Shown: positions 38,802-51,994 of the stretch, one piece after another
How positions within the stretch are numbered: position 1 is the first letter of the stretch
Layout: every line of letters starts with the position of its first letter
Assembly: GCA_951406725.2 (NCBI GenBank)
Contig: OX597842.1
Location: 4,898,001-4,962,000, forward strand
Length of the DNA: 64,000 nucleotides
Source of the DNA: Octopus vulgaris
Lineage: Eukaryota
Direction: 5' to 3'
The notes under the pieces: model-generated
The model's input: only the letters and a program-made list of their open reading frames with translations
Told to the model about the DNA's origin: nothing
Database searches by the model: none
Position numbers and translations under genes: made by a program

Positions 38802-40260
38802 TCAAATTGGTGCAAAAGTAATATCTGATTTCTAGAAAAAATGTTTCAGAGCAAATTTATCAATTTTTGAACCTCTTCTTATAGTTTTAAGATATCTCTT
38901 GTGTCTAATTTGTACTATTTTCTTTCTTCTGGCCATAATTCTCAGAAAATTTTACCACCATGTTTGTCCCATCTAAAGGTCACATAAGAAATGTTTACTC
39001 TACAAGTTTCATAAAGGTGTTAATGCAAGTGTGGCAGCAAGATCTGTTCAGAGCACTTAAGGGGATGATTTAGTGAATGAAAGAAGTTGCAGGAGGTGGT
39101 TTTCCTGTTTCCGAAGTGGTGATTTCACTTTGAAAGAAGAACCAAAAGAGGGTCGTTCGACAAAAACTTGATTCCGAAATGTTGGAAGCTCTTGTTTCAG
39201 AGAACCCTACCGTCACCACTAGAGAACTTGCAAAACAATTAAACATGGCCCGTACAACTGTGGTATGCCAGCTAAAACACATTGGAAAGGTTTCAGTGGC
39301 TGGAAAATGGGTCCTTCATGAGCTGTCTCCAGAGAATCGACAACAGTTTGCTACGTGCTTTCAATCATTGCTTTCACGACACTTTCAAGCAACATTTTTA
39401 GACAGGTTCGTTACAGGTGATGAGAAGTGGATTCTTCACCATAATGTTAAACACCGCCATTCTCAGATTAGTTGAGGAGGATGGCCAGTTCTACAACTGA
39501 GAGCAGGACTTCATCTAAAGAAGATCATGTTGAGTATATGGTGGGATATTAAAGGAGTAATCCATTATGAACTGTTGGACAACAACCAAGCAATTTATGT
39601 TCATCTTTACTGTGAACAGTTTCGTTGTTTGAAAGCAGTTCTGAGCCAAAGGTGAGCATCCTTGGTTAAAAGGATAATGCTCGTCCTCACACAGCTTGAC
39701 TGACCAAAACTCTCTTGGAAGAACTTGGTTGGGAAATACTGCCTCATTCTTCATATTTTCCTGACCTTGCGTCTTCTGATTACCATTTGTTCCGAGGACT
39801 ACAGAACCATTTTGATGGATTTAGGTTAACCACAAGAGAAGACGATGAAAATGAGTTGGATTCATAGATTTTGGTTCTAAATCTGCAGAATTTTACAAGT
39901 GAGGCATTTATAAGGTTGTTGAAATGGGGGTCAATGAAAGCTTTGGGGAGTATGTTAACCCTTTTGTTACTAACCTGGCTCTGGCGTGAAATGTCTTGTT
40001 TACATAAGTTTTGAATTAAAATCTTCTACCAAATCTTTGTCACAATTTACATTCCTAACACTAGCTTAATGGTAACTAAGTTATTTTACTAAATTCTTTG
40101 TTATATTTGAAATAATTGAAAGAAACACAGAGCATCTCAACAGAAATACAGTAACGAAAGGGTTAATGAATAAATATTTCCGTAGTCATTGACTTATTCA
40201 TTTTTAACTTATATCTATCAGGTTGGTGCAAAAGTAATGACCGATTTGAAGATCTGAGAT
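38802..40260 (+). mobile_element. Mariner relic with a nested TTAA MITE and a flipped right TIR
   Basis: WVLHEL, FVTGDEKW, FPDLASSDYHLF; TIR TTGGTGCAAAAGTAAT at both ends in the same orientation. Confidence 0.8.
39959..40162. mobile_element. piggyBac-type MITE
   Basis: TTAA-CCCTTTTGTTAC ... GTAACGAAAGGG-TTAA; a related copy lies at ~18257-18472. Confidence 0.75.
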
Positions 40261-41049
40261 AGACATCTTTTCTTTTTTGCATGTAATTGTTTATTTTTAG
40301 AATGACATTGTAGGATAAGTGTGAGAAATTGGATGTAAAATAGGCAGAATATTTGAGCTGGATATAGCTGGCTTAAATATTAAAGGGTTAAAAACATTAT
40401 GCTTTACACTTGTGATTAATGATTTAGCACCATTTGAGCGTGATCGTTGCCAGTGCCGGTGGCATGTAAAAAGCACCATTCGAGTGTGGTCAATGCCAGT
40501 GTCGGCTGACTGGTCCCGTACCAGTGGCATGTAAAAAGCACCGTTCAAGTGTGGCCATTGCTAGTGGTCGAAATGTCTTGTTTACATAAGTTTTGAATTG
40601 CACGTAAAATGCACCCACTACACTCTCGGAGTGGTTGGCATTAGGAAGGGCATCAAGCTGTAGAAACTTTGCCAGATTGGATTGGAGCCTGGTGTGGCCT
40701 TCTGGCTTGCCAGCTCTCAGTCAAACCATTCAACCCATGCCAGCATGGAAAGCAGACGTTAAATGATGATCAAATTGGCCAGATCCAGCCTCTCAGACCA
40801 TCGTTAAAGTCTCAAAGCTAGAAGATAATGCATGATTAATTCCAACCAATATGGATAAACAAGCATTACATTTGACAGTAATCTGAATACTAAAGTGTTA
40901 ATCTATCTCCTACTACTACCGTGGGCAATTTGGGTGATACAGGTAAGTGTTTATTGCAATCAGTATCTCAAGCTAATTAGCGTCTGATTTCTCAACAAGA
41001 TCTGTCCTGTCCCGCATTCATAGTCTTCTTTTTCTCATGTTTATTCCAG

Positions 41050-41199
41050 GTGTTGTACATGGATCACCCAAAGCAGTTGATTCGAGATACAACTAAATAC
41101 AAACCTTTCCGCAAACTCAATCGCAGTCACACTCCATCACTGAAGATGTTGGCAAAGGAGGTTCTTGGAATCACAATCCAGCAGGGATCTCATAATTCT
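41050..41199 (+). CDS. REXO4: REXO4 exon 7 (VLYMDHPKQLIRDT...PSLKMLAKEVLGITIQQGSHNS)
   Basis: Acceptor TTCCAG, donor GTAAGG at 41200; 150 nt, phase 0/0; contains the catalytic His of ExoIII. Confidence 0.95.
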
Positions 41200-42070
41200 G
41201 TAAGGATTTTAAGAAACAATTCTGTTTATGAGTGAGAGAAAGAGAGAGGGCAAAAGAGTTTTTTGCTTCACTCCAGGTAGTGTAAAGGCATGTAGCTTGG
41301 AGGTTAGGGTATTCAGCCCTTGATCATAAGGTTGTGAGTTTAATTCCCAACAGTAATTCCCAACAGTATGTTGTGTTCTTGAGCAAGACACTTTATCTTT
41401 TCTGTTGCTCTAGTCAACTCAGCTGGCAAATCTTGTTCAGTTTTGTCACATCTTGTGTCATGCTGAATTTCCTTGAGAACTATGTTAAGAGTATGTATGT
41501 CTGTGGAGTACTCAACCACTTGTATGTTAAGTTCACGAAGCAGGTTGATCAGATGAGATGGAACATTGTCCATCTAGGACTCAGTTATTTAATGTATAGT
41601 CTCACTCCAGCGTACTTACGATCAGACTTGTGACCATCCCATGTTTTATTCTAGGACTACATTATATTAGTGACTATAGGTGAGCCCTGATCATAAGGTT
41701 GACCTATGAGCAAAGATATTCCAGCTGTGACCATTCTAGCTTTTATTCATAATGTATCTAGGATTACGTTACCTAATGTATAGTATAGTTGTTTCATTCC
41801 AGGTTAATCTCTGATCCAGCAAGCCTATGATCAAAGATGTTCCATGTGTGGCCATCCCATCTTTTATTCAAGCATAGTGTATCTAGGAATACATTATCTA
41901 ATGTATAATTTAGTAGTTAGTATTAGTGGCTATAGTTGTTGTTTAGTCTCAGTTCTGCGCCCGGATAAGGCAACAACCAACCACTTTCTTATGATGAGTG
42001 GTGTTCCAAACATGACCACCACATCAACCAGCTGATATATTTTTGCATATGTTTCTCCTCTCATTTGCAG

Positions 42071-42232
42071 GTGATTGATGCACAGGTTGCAATGAAACTT
42101 TACATAAAACATAGAAAGGAATGGGAGTCGAGATTGAAACACAAAAAGCTGAAACTGAAACAGAAGAGGAAAGAAATGAAAGAAACCAAGAAGAAGAAGA
42201 AGAAGAAGAACAAAAAAGAAGTGCAGAAATGA
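42071..42232 (+). CDS. REXO4: REXO4 exon 8, terminal (VIDAQVAMKLY...KEWE + poly-Lys tail, TGA)
   Basis: Acceptor TTTGCAG; completes ExoIII H-x4-D (HNSVID); stop at 42230-42232; AATAAA at 42238-42243. Confidence 0.92.
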   Translation: MIDAQVAMKLYIKHRKEWESRLKHKKLKLKQKRKEMKETKKKKKKKNKKEVQK

Positions 42233-42311
42233 ATAATAATAAAGTGAAAGTGTGATTTGTTAGCTCTGAATTGTTTGTTTGTTGTCTTTGTGTGTTGCAT
42301 AGAAGCACACA

Positions 42312-42387
42312 GCAGCTGCCATTATACAAGGGAAGCAGCTGCCATTATACAAGGGAAGCAGCTGCCATTATACAAGGGAAGCAGCTG
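42312..42387. repeat. Perfect 23-bp tandem x3.3 just 3' of the REXO4 stop
   Basis: GCAGCTGCCATTATACAAGGGAA repeated three times. Confidence 0.9.
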
Positions 42388-42489
42388 GGAAGATAAAGAT
42401 TCAAATTGGCTATTTGTTGCTTTTGCTTTTTTTTCTTTGGCATTAAATGTGTGTTTGGAGCAGTTTGCAAACACACAGCAGCAGTAACT

Positions 42490-42720
42490 CCTGCTGTTAC
42501 TTGATGGGGCTGGGGTCATCCCAAGGGGTGACATCGTGCATAGAGCCGACCAGAGCTACCAGTGCTCTCCATCACTGCTGGTCCTGTGCAAGCCTCTCTA
42601 CATCCTCCAAAATGCCTTTGAGCCTCTGGAGATCTTCCTTAATCATGTCCAGCCATTTGGTGTGGGGCCTTCCACAAGGTCGCTTCCAGCCCACACACAG
42701 TCATTGTCTTGTATAATGTC
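42490..42720 (-). mobile_element. RTE-type LINE 3' fragment
   Basis: GKRPCGRPHTKWLDMIKEDL...AQDQQ*WRALV on -. Confidence 0.6.
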
Positions 42721-42889
42721 TACTTTGTGTTCTGAGTAGAAATTCTGGCAAGGATTTTATTCAACATACCAAAGACTCTGCCAGTTCACTGCCTTAATAA
42801 TCCTTTCTATTTATAGGCACAAGGCCAGGAATTTGTGGAGAGGTGAAAAGTGATCACATTAACCCCCAGTACTTAACTGGTGCTTAATT

Positions 42890-43980
42890 CATCGATGCTG
42901 ACAGTCGATCATGGAATGATATGTCACAAACTGAGTGATCTCAGCATAGTTGGAAAATTGAGAGAGTGGCTTCATGACTTCCTGAAGGGTAGAAGTCAGG
43001 TGGTAGTAGCCAATGGGGTCACCTCCAATGACACAAATAGTGAGTGGTGTTCCACAAAGCACTGGTTTGCCACCACTACTGCTCATAATGGCCCGCTCAG
43101 ACATGCCCTCAGCCACACAGTCACGATCACAGGTGATACAGAAGTCTCACAGGTAATACAGAACCCTGAAGACACTATGCACCTGCAATGTGAGCTGGGT
43201 GAAATATACAGGTAGGCTGAAAAGAATAGCATGCAGTTTAATGCTGAAAAGTTTCAAGCTATCAGCATGCAAAACTAAATGCAATACCCATTAAATACAC
43301 TGGACCTGTAGGGATTGCAATCCCAGAGGCACAGTCAGTGTGAGATCTGGGCATTTAAATGAGTACTGATGCATCCTTTCATGTGCATGTTGCTAAATTG
43401 GCAATGAAATGCAGGCAGCTGACCGGATGGATTCTTAGAACTTTTAGAACAGGAAATCAGGAAACCATGATGGTCCTCTGGAGGACACTTGTCCTAAGCC
43501 ACTTTGACTCTTGCTCTCAGCTATGGTCACCAACCAGTGTCAAATTAATCTCAGAACTTGAGGCAATCCAACGAAGTTACACAAAGAAGATAGCCTCTAT
43601 GCAGCATATAAGCTACTGGGAAAGACTCAAGAGATTAAGATTCTATTCCTTAGAGCATAGGTGAGAAAGATATGCCATAATATACATCTGGAAGGACTTG
43701 TCCTAAATTTGGCATTGAGAGTTACACAAATACTAGAACTGGGTACCACTGCACAGTGCCAAGGACTCCAAATCTGCCATTAAGACATAGCACAAGATAC
43801 TGCAACAGCCTTGGCTTCAGAGGTTCACAGCTCTTCAATATCCTCCTGAAGGACCTGAGAGACCTGCATGGGGTGGATGTAGGTGTCTTCAAAATAAAGC
43901 TGAACCTCTTCGCGGCAGGAGGTGCAGATGAGGGCAGTGGCTTCAAACTCTCTCAAGCACCAAATGTCAAGTCCTAAAAA
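42890..43980 (+). mobile_element. CR1-group LINE RT 3' fragment, decayed
   Basis: VDHGMICHKL, WLHDFLKGRSQVV, MQFNAEKFQ, GWILRTF, CSQLWSP, YWERLKRLRFYSLE; stops and frameshifts. Confidence 0.8.
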
Positions 43981-44685
43981 GTGAAGTAAAATTATGTAGC
44001 AACACCAAATGGCAGTGCCTCAGCATGGCCACAGCTCGTGAGCTGAAACTAGATATAAAAAATATAAATATATATGTATAGTGGCTGTGTGGTAAGTAGC
44101 TTGCTTACCAACCTCATGGTTCCAGGTTCAGTCCCACTGCGTGGCACCTTGGGCAAGTGTCTTCTACTATAGCCTCGGGCTGACCAAAGCCTTGTGAGTG
44201 GATTTGGTAGACAGGAACTGAAAGAAGCTCGTCGTGTATATATACTGTCTCTAAAACTACTTTTATATATATGAATAAAATATTGAGAGAAGTTCACTTT
44301 AGTACCTTTAATTTGAATGTCTCATTCCTGTGGATTCGGAATTAATCTTCCCTAATAATTATTATACATATATATATATATACATACATGTATATATGTG
44401 TGTGTGTGTGTATGTTTGTTCCCCCAATATTGCTTGAGAACCAATACTGGTGTGTTTGCATCCCCGTAACTTAGCAGTTTGGCAAAAGAGCCCAATAGAA
44501 TAAGTACTAAGGTCAATTTGCTCAACTCTTTCAATGTTGATTGAGCTGAGGGTAGTACTGTCTCTAAAACTACTTTTATAAATATATATGAATAAAATAT
44601 TGAGAGAAGTTCACTTTAGTACCTTTAATTTGAATGTCTCATTCCTGTGGATTCGGAATTAATCTTCCCTAATAATTATTATATA

Positions 44686-45432
44686 ATTAATAATATCAGG
44701 GTAATAAAGATTTTAGAAATTTTTACTACCAGTGGCCTAGCGTATAGAAAAATTAGTCAATAGACTATATATTATTCATATAAAATACAGTGTACATTTA
44801 AACACATTATGAGGTGTCCATCATAGGACTCCCTTATGCTAGAAGGAACAGCTAAAGTTCAAACCACTAATTAGGGATAAATTCTCGAAGGGCATGAAAA
44901 ATAAAACATTTACTATTTATTTCCCGGACCATGGTTTCTGACTTTTTTTAGCAAATAAAATAATTTGCCGGGCGAAGTCTGAATAATATATAGTATATTG
45001 ACTAATTTTTCTATACGCAAGGCCACTGGTAGTAAAAATTTCTAAAATCTTTATTACCCTGATATTATTATGTATAATGATTTCTGGAAATTTTGTTTTA
45101 AGAAATTGCCGGCATTTTTTTGCTGCCAACCAGAAACTGCACTTGCACGATGGATTTGAAAAATTAAAATGTATAAGCAAGGGGCACATGCTGGATTCAC
45201 CTCGTACTTATATGTTTAATCTTGGCATACCTGTTGATGAAGACTTCACCTGGCAAATTATTTTATTTGCTAAAAAAAAGTCAGAAATCATGGTCCAGGA
45301 AATAGATGGTAAATGTTTTTATTTTTCATTCCCTTCAAGAAATTTTATCCCTAATAGTGGTTTGGACTTTAGCTGTTCCTTCTAGCGTAAGGGAGTTCTA
45401 TGATGGATACCTCTTAATGTGTTTAAATGTAT
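44686..45432 (+). mobile_element. Diverged relative of the 13.4-14.4 kb HHR element (inverted arm plus ~460-nt unit, degenerate HHR at 45230-45299)
   Basis: 44790-44980 is inverted versus 45241-45432 and 44686-44777 versus 44981-45070; shares GGCC(A/G)CTGGT, GGTAAATGTTTTT and TT(A/G)GCTGTT..TTCTAG blocks. Confidence 0.65.
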
Positions 45433-45465
45433 ATATATATAATGTAATTTGTGTGTGTGTGTATG

Positions 45466-45509
<44 letters not shown>

Positions 45510-46684
45510 TCAAGGACATTTACCCCCCGCCATGGGCAATACCCCACCAAGGACAACAGATGATTTAAAACTTCTTAATATATTGTAGAGGAGGTAATTA
45601 ACTAAGGGGGGGGGGGGTAATTGTCTTAGCAGGTAGTTGTCATTGGGGGAATATGTAATGTGTATATAGGGATAAATTATCAAGTTATCCAGGTGGATAC
45701 CATAAGAGCTCTCAGGTATAGTCCAGGTTATGGCTAACCCCATGTAGTAAGAAGCAACAAAGAATGCTTAAGGTGAGCAATCCCACTGTAATTCTTCTGA
45801 TAAGCAAATCCAGGTTCGGTTTGCTTCACTGGATTATGAATATTTTCAGGAATGTAAATCCAAAACAATTACAAAGAATATGGAAACTTGTACATCTTCA
45901 TATTTTTTTCTTTTCATTATAAAGCATAATTAATTAAAATGACTGAAATATGTTTCTGCTGCATAGAATATGTACAGTTGCATATGCAACCTGCAATATT
46001 CTGCTCTGCGCCTTCATTCAAGGTCTTTTTACAACTGTGGTCTGATGCAAACTGAGTTTAAGTATGGGTAGCTTATACTTTTATTTTACTCTGGTTTAAG
46101 ATAAAAAAAGGAAAGTGAAAGGAGAAACCTGATATGGCTATAAAATTTACTTTGTCTCTGACCTCAAGCTTAACCTTAGTTCCAGGATGAAACAGAGCCC
46201 TATGCACTAGATTAGGTCAAAGTACACAGGTTTTAATACACCTTCATCTATGCATTAAAAGAAATTAAATAAAAATAAGTTATATTTTAATTAAATTAAC
46301 TGAAGGAATTCTTTTATATATACTCAAGATGTCCACTTGATAATTGAGTTTTAGATTATATAGAAGTTAATGTGTCCTATGTCTTGCTATGGTTTATAAA
46401 AAAGATATTTTAAGCTGGTGAAAATATCTATAACTACTTAGAAGTTAAACCAGATATTGTCCTGTCATTTACTCCTTAAATTCAGGCACCTCCCATTTGT
46501 GCAGCAGATACTGTCCTTATATATATATTATAGAATGCATGTGTATGTACATGCACACACACTTTCAAGGAATTTTGTTTCAACTTTGTAAACATAAAAA
46601 AGTAGATGATAAAACAATAATGACATAAGATGTGCGTGTATATATATATATATATATATATATATGAGTGTTTATACATGTAGT

Positions 46685-47802
46685 TTATACAATGCTCTCT
46701 ACATTTCGATGTGATGCAGAAGACGTTTGGTTATCAGCCAGTTCTGTAAGTGCATCCCACGAGGATTTCCGGGAGGGAAGTGTGCCATGGGTGGGGTCCA
46801 TGGTCATCGGTGGGTGTGACGAGAATGATATTTCAGACCCTACCAGAGATGTGGGAGTGTATCTTGCTGATGTAGGGGTCGTTCTTGGATTTAGTGGTGT
46901 CACCGTAGTAGTAACAAAAGGGCTATATGTTGAGGTTGCATTGTTGCCTGCAAGGGGTTGGGATGTCGCAGTGGGAACGGTGGTGGTTTGGGCCGTATAA
47001 GGCCCGGGTGTCAACGACAATGACGTCAGCTGTGCAGAAGGGGCTGTGAAACGAGTGGGTTCAAGTCTGGGGCCAAGTGATGAGACCCCAGATTCTGAAG
47101 GTGGAGATGTGTGCGTGTTAGTGTCTGTGAGTTCGCAGAGTAGTTCCCAAGGTGACTTTGTCGACTTCAATGACTCAGTTGGTGGGGGCGGAGGAGGAAG
47201 ACCAGGGTCAGCAACATTAGCGTTGTTGTTGTAGACTATGGGCTGGAAGTGAGATTTTGACAAGGCTGGTGGAAGCTTAACAGGCTGAGAAGAGGGATCT
47301 GCACCTCCATTTCCAACGTTTCTGGGGGGCACTGATTTCACTGTTGATTTGAGCAAGGGTTTAGCAAGGGGTACAGGATGCACATGCTGTTGTTGGTTCA
47401 TTGCTACCCCCCTGTCTGTCTGTGTACCCTTCTGGTCAATGGTCTGTGTTGACATTGAAGACTTTTGTGATGAAGTAGACTTCTTTGGTGTTTGTCTCCC
47501 ATGTGACAAAGATGAGGCCCCAACAGATTTCTTTCGTGTTCGACCAACTGAGGAGCTGGGGTCACTGGTTGAAGTCTCTGCAGCAACTGGTGCAATGATG
47601 CTGCCCAGTGACTTGTATGCACGGGCATCCTGCCTTGACATAGGTTGGGCCTGGGCCCCAGAACTGCATAGTGTGAGGTCATCCTGAGCATAAGAGTCAA
47701 GGGAATCAGCGACAGAGGGCCGGCGTTCTTTCTTGCCACGACGACTGTACAAGGAGGTCCTTGATGCAAAGAGTGACTGTCTGGAGGCAGAGCGACGCAG
47801 AG
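46685..47802 (-). CDS. Terminal exon of the same TM protein (Ser/Thr/Pro-rich, ends ...HRNVESIV*)
   Basis: Acceptor CTCTTCCCACAG at 47803; phase 1 joins the previous exon (LESLP-P-LRRSASR); open to TAA at 46685. Confidence 0.85.
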
Positions 47803-49106
47803 CTGTGGGAAGAGAAATAGAAATGGCACACAGTTATCAATCAGAAATATATACATACACACACACACATATATGTTAATATCAAACAGTGAGAATGAAT
47901 GCTGCATTAGTGGATAAATATTTTCTATTCGTGGGGTGACCAGAATATCATTGATTTTATGTTGGGAGAGATATCTCTCAGCAATTACTCAAGTTTGTAC
48001 CTTGGGATGTTGGAGTTCGTTTCCATCTTAGATGAACACCAACATCCCAAGGTACAGACTTAAATAATTGATGAGAAATATCTCTCCCAACATGAAACCA
48101 ACAGTAGTCTGGTCACCCCATGAATAAAGTATCTATCTCTCTATCTACATATATATATAAAACAGTTTGATTCAGTTCCATGTGACTTCAAGTTTCACAA
48201 GCTTCAAACAGAAGTCCACCTCTTTCAGGCTTCAGACACTGAATTTAGAGATGGGCTTCTGTTAGAGGCCTGTGAAACTAAGTTGCACAGAACTGAATCA
48301 GACTGTTTTAAATAATACATATAACTCCTACTAAATGTACTGAGTGTCCTTTTCTTTCATTTGTTTTCTCACTTGTGCGTATTTTTTTGTATATATATGT
48401 GTGTAATTGTGTGCGTGTGTGTGTGTGCGTGCATGTCTGTATATACATAAATACACACTATATATACACTGTAGTCTGGATCAATGAACAGTTTGCTACC
48501 TCAAGTTTCACCAAATGAATTGCATAATAATCTTATTCTAAGGAATTCCTGTTTAACAAGGAAACATTTCAGTAATTCTCTACAATGCAACTGTAAACTT
48601 GGTAGAATATTTTAACTCCACCTGTGTACAACAGGGTTCATACTCAGTGAGACCATCTCACTCTCTGCTTACCTTTTATACCTCTAATAGCATTGTAAAA
48701 ACATAGCGTTTCAAAAATATCAAATATATATACTTGAGGGAGTGCTGAAAAGCTCCTGGTATCACGAAAGGCCTGGTTGGAGGCCCAACCTTCCAAGCTC
48801 TTTTACAGGGCTTAGAAAAATTGAAGGACCACAGCAATATGGATGCGAATCTGAATAATTAACTGATCCTCCTGTATTTTCTTTTACCCAATGCCAGGAA
48901 CTTTTCAGTACCCCTTGTATATGGACTTGTATGTATGTATGGACTTAAGACAATGATATTTGCCTGAATGCATTATATTCTAGATATTATTATGTTATTC
49001 ATCAGGTGAAACTTTAAGTAGCAAAATATTCACCCTGTAAAACCTATTTAATAAAAATATATACCTACATACATTACCTACAAACAACACATAGATACTC
49101 ACATAG

Positions 49107-49155
<49 letters not shown>

Positions 49156-50795
49156 TACAGGGTGTGATGGGTAAGTTGTTGTTGTTTTATATTCTTAATT
49201 TCGTGCATGTGTATTATTTGTTTTTGATTTTGTTGACTACAGTCTGTTGGGTGCTGTCTGTGAGAAAACAGCCCCATGACACAATTCAGTCTGCCAGAAA
49301 TTTAGAAACGACATGCCGTACTGCTTGGCATTCATGCCAGAGGCTCTAATACAAACATTTCAGAGTGTTTGGTTGTCAATCTGAGGACATGTACCAAGAG
49401 TGATAAAAATCAAACATCCAGTTAACATCAAGTGCCTGAAGGAGGTACTGGCTGAGTACTCCATAGACACATACCTTTGAAGGAGATTCAGTACGACTCA
49501 AAATGTAATAAGGCTGGCACTTTGAAATACAAACATAACTCATTTTTGCCAGCTGAGTGGACTGGAGCAACATGAAATAAAATGTCTTGCTCAAGGACAC
49601 AATGCACTGCTGGGTATTGAACTCCTTACAATCGTGAGCTGAATACCCTAACGACTTAGCCTTAACTATATATACATTACATATATATCTACATGCATTA
49701 TATACATATGTACATATAAGAAATTACAGTGATACACAGAGCATAATCCCACATAATATGAGAAAATCTTGGTGGAATGTTCTTGTGAAGACCTCACTAA
49801 AATGCATATTGGAACAGGTACAAGGATCTGGGACAATGAACAGAAATTGTGAAGAGTATTGAGAAATTTGTTGCCAATCAGATGTCCAAAAGTCGACAAT
49901 TTCATAAACACTAGACAGAAATAGTCAATAAATGCAAACACTTTGAAAAGGACCTACTATACAACAGATGAATATCACCTTTATTCAACTAAAAAAAAAG
50001 GAAACATACATAGACTAGTATATATTTTCATCTCTGACTTTCTTTTCAGATCCAACTTTCTTCCTATCATTCACTTACTTCATTTTAATATTTACCTTTT
50101 CTTCTTACACCCATTTCCCCATTCCCTGTCTCTGTTATTCCCTTTTTGGTATTTAACCTTCTTTAGGTATATTTAGCTTTTTATCTGCCTTGCCGCAACT
50201 CTAAACATTTTATGTTTTCCCAGTGATTTCAATTAAGAGCTTACAGCTCTTGAGGATGGATTATTCATTATGATAGAAGTAGCAGTTTGGAAAAATATCT
50301 TTTCAAAATATGCTTTATACCATGGGCCTGAAGACAGATTGCAAAAACCAATAGTAACCTGCATAATAAACATGTACAACTTAACATACAAATATATTTT
50401 TGTGTTTTGCTTAGAAGCGAAGTACCAAAATTACAACAAACTATTTTGAAATATATCAACTGAAGATTTTGCATAAGGATGTGTTTCCTATTATATATTA
50501 CACAAGATCTGAAACATATATCTTAAATACGGTTTGACTTTATTATTAAAAATTATATATACTGCATCATCATCCTTTAACATCCATGCTGACATGGGTT
50601 GGCTGATTTGACAGGAGTTGGTAAGCTGGAGTTACACCAGGCTCCAGTTTGATTTGGGTTGGTTTCTAAAGCTGGATGCCCTTCCTAACACTAACTACAG
50701 AGTGTGCTGGGTGTTTTTAATGTGTCATCAACACAAGTGCTTTTTACATGAAAGCATCAAATTAATGTAAAATAGTTTATATATATATATATATA

Positions 50796-51181
50796 GGCGC
50801 AGGAGTGGCTGTGTGGTAAGTAGCTTGCTTACCAACCACATGGTTCCGGGTTCAGTCCCACTGCGTGGCATCTTGGGCAAGTGTCTTCTACTATAGCCTC
50901 GGGCCGACAAAGCCTTGTGAATGGATTTGGTAGATGGAAACTGAAAGAAACCTGTCGTATATATGTATGTGTGTGTATATGTTTGTGTGTCTGTGTTTGT
51001 CCCCCACATCGCTTGACAACCGATGGTGGTGTGTTTATGTCCCCGTAACTTAGTGGTTTGGCAAAAAAGACCGATAGAATAAGTACTAGGCTTACAAAGA
51101 ATAAGTCCCAGGGTCGATTTGCTCGACTAAAAGCAGTGCTCCAGCATGGCCGCAGTCAAATGACTGAAACAAGTAAAAGAG
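50796..51181 (+). mobile_element. tRNA-derived SINE, family A
   Basis: Nearly colinear with 28713-29105. Confidence 0.85.
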
Positions 51182-51762
51182 AAGGGAAGATGAAAAAGGC
51201 TGCAGGAATGTTTGTACTAAGCTGATTTAGCTGCCTTCATCTTCCCTTAGTGTACTTCTAATTTACTAAAGACACTAAGGCTTTTGTAATACTGTTGTAT
51301 TACAAAAGCATAGTCTTATGTGTACTTCTCTTACTCACATACTTGAATACACTGTTCTACTGCATGGGTTTTAGTGACTATGGTCTGTCCTTAGCAGTGT
51401 GTGTGTGTGTGTTTGTGTGTATGTATATATATATAGTTTGGGTATATAGCCCAGATTACAGAATTCTGAGATATCATGTTGAACACGTATTATTAAAGAC
51501 ATCCTACATAACATGAAAATTAATCATTAGTTGCTTGAATGGTTACAGTATTACACAAGATTGATTATGTTGAATGTTATTTGAATTAACATGAAAAATA
51601 TCTTTATGTGCTGTTTTTCTTGCAGCTCTTCTGCTTTTGTTTTTGAAATCTGAATAAATTTTACCGCTTTTCAAACATATGACAAAGGAGTACCATGTAT
51701 AAAAAACAAACAAATTTATCTGATAACCCAATACACACACATATAGAGAGATACATTATATA

Positions 51763-51824
<62 letters not shown>

Positions 51825-51994
51825 CATATCATATACATACATATATATTTACGTATATACACACACATATATATATATACTTTATATGTGTATACACATC
51901 TATATATATATATACATATATATACATACACATATATTTATACATTTAAAATTAAGTCATATCTTTTACTTCTTATGAAATTTAGTTTACTCAC

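Noticed and set aside
51180-51335. Short hairpins resembling a hammerhead
   Set aside because: No intact CUGANGA or GAAA core could be placed
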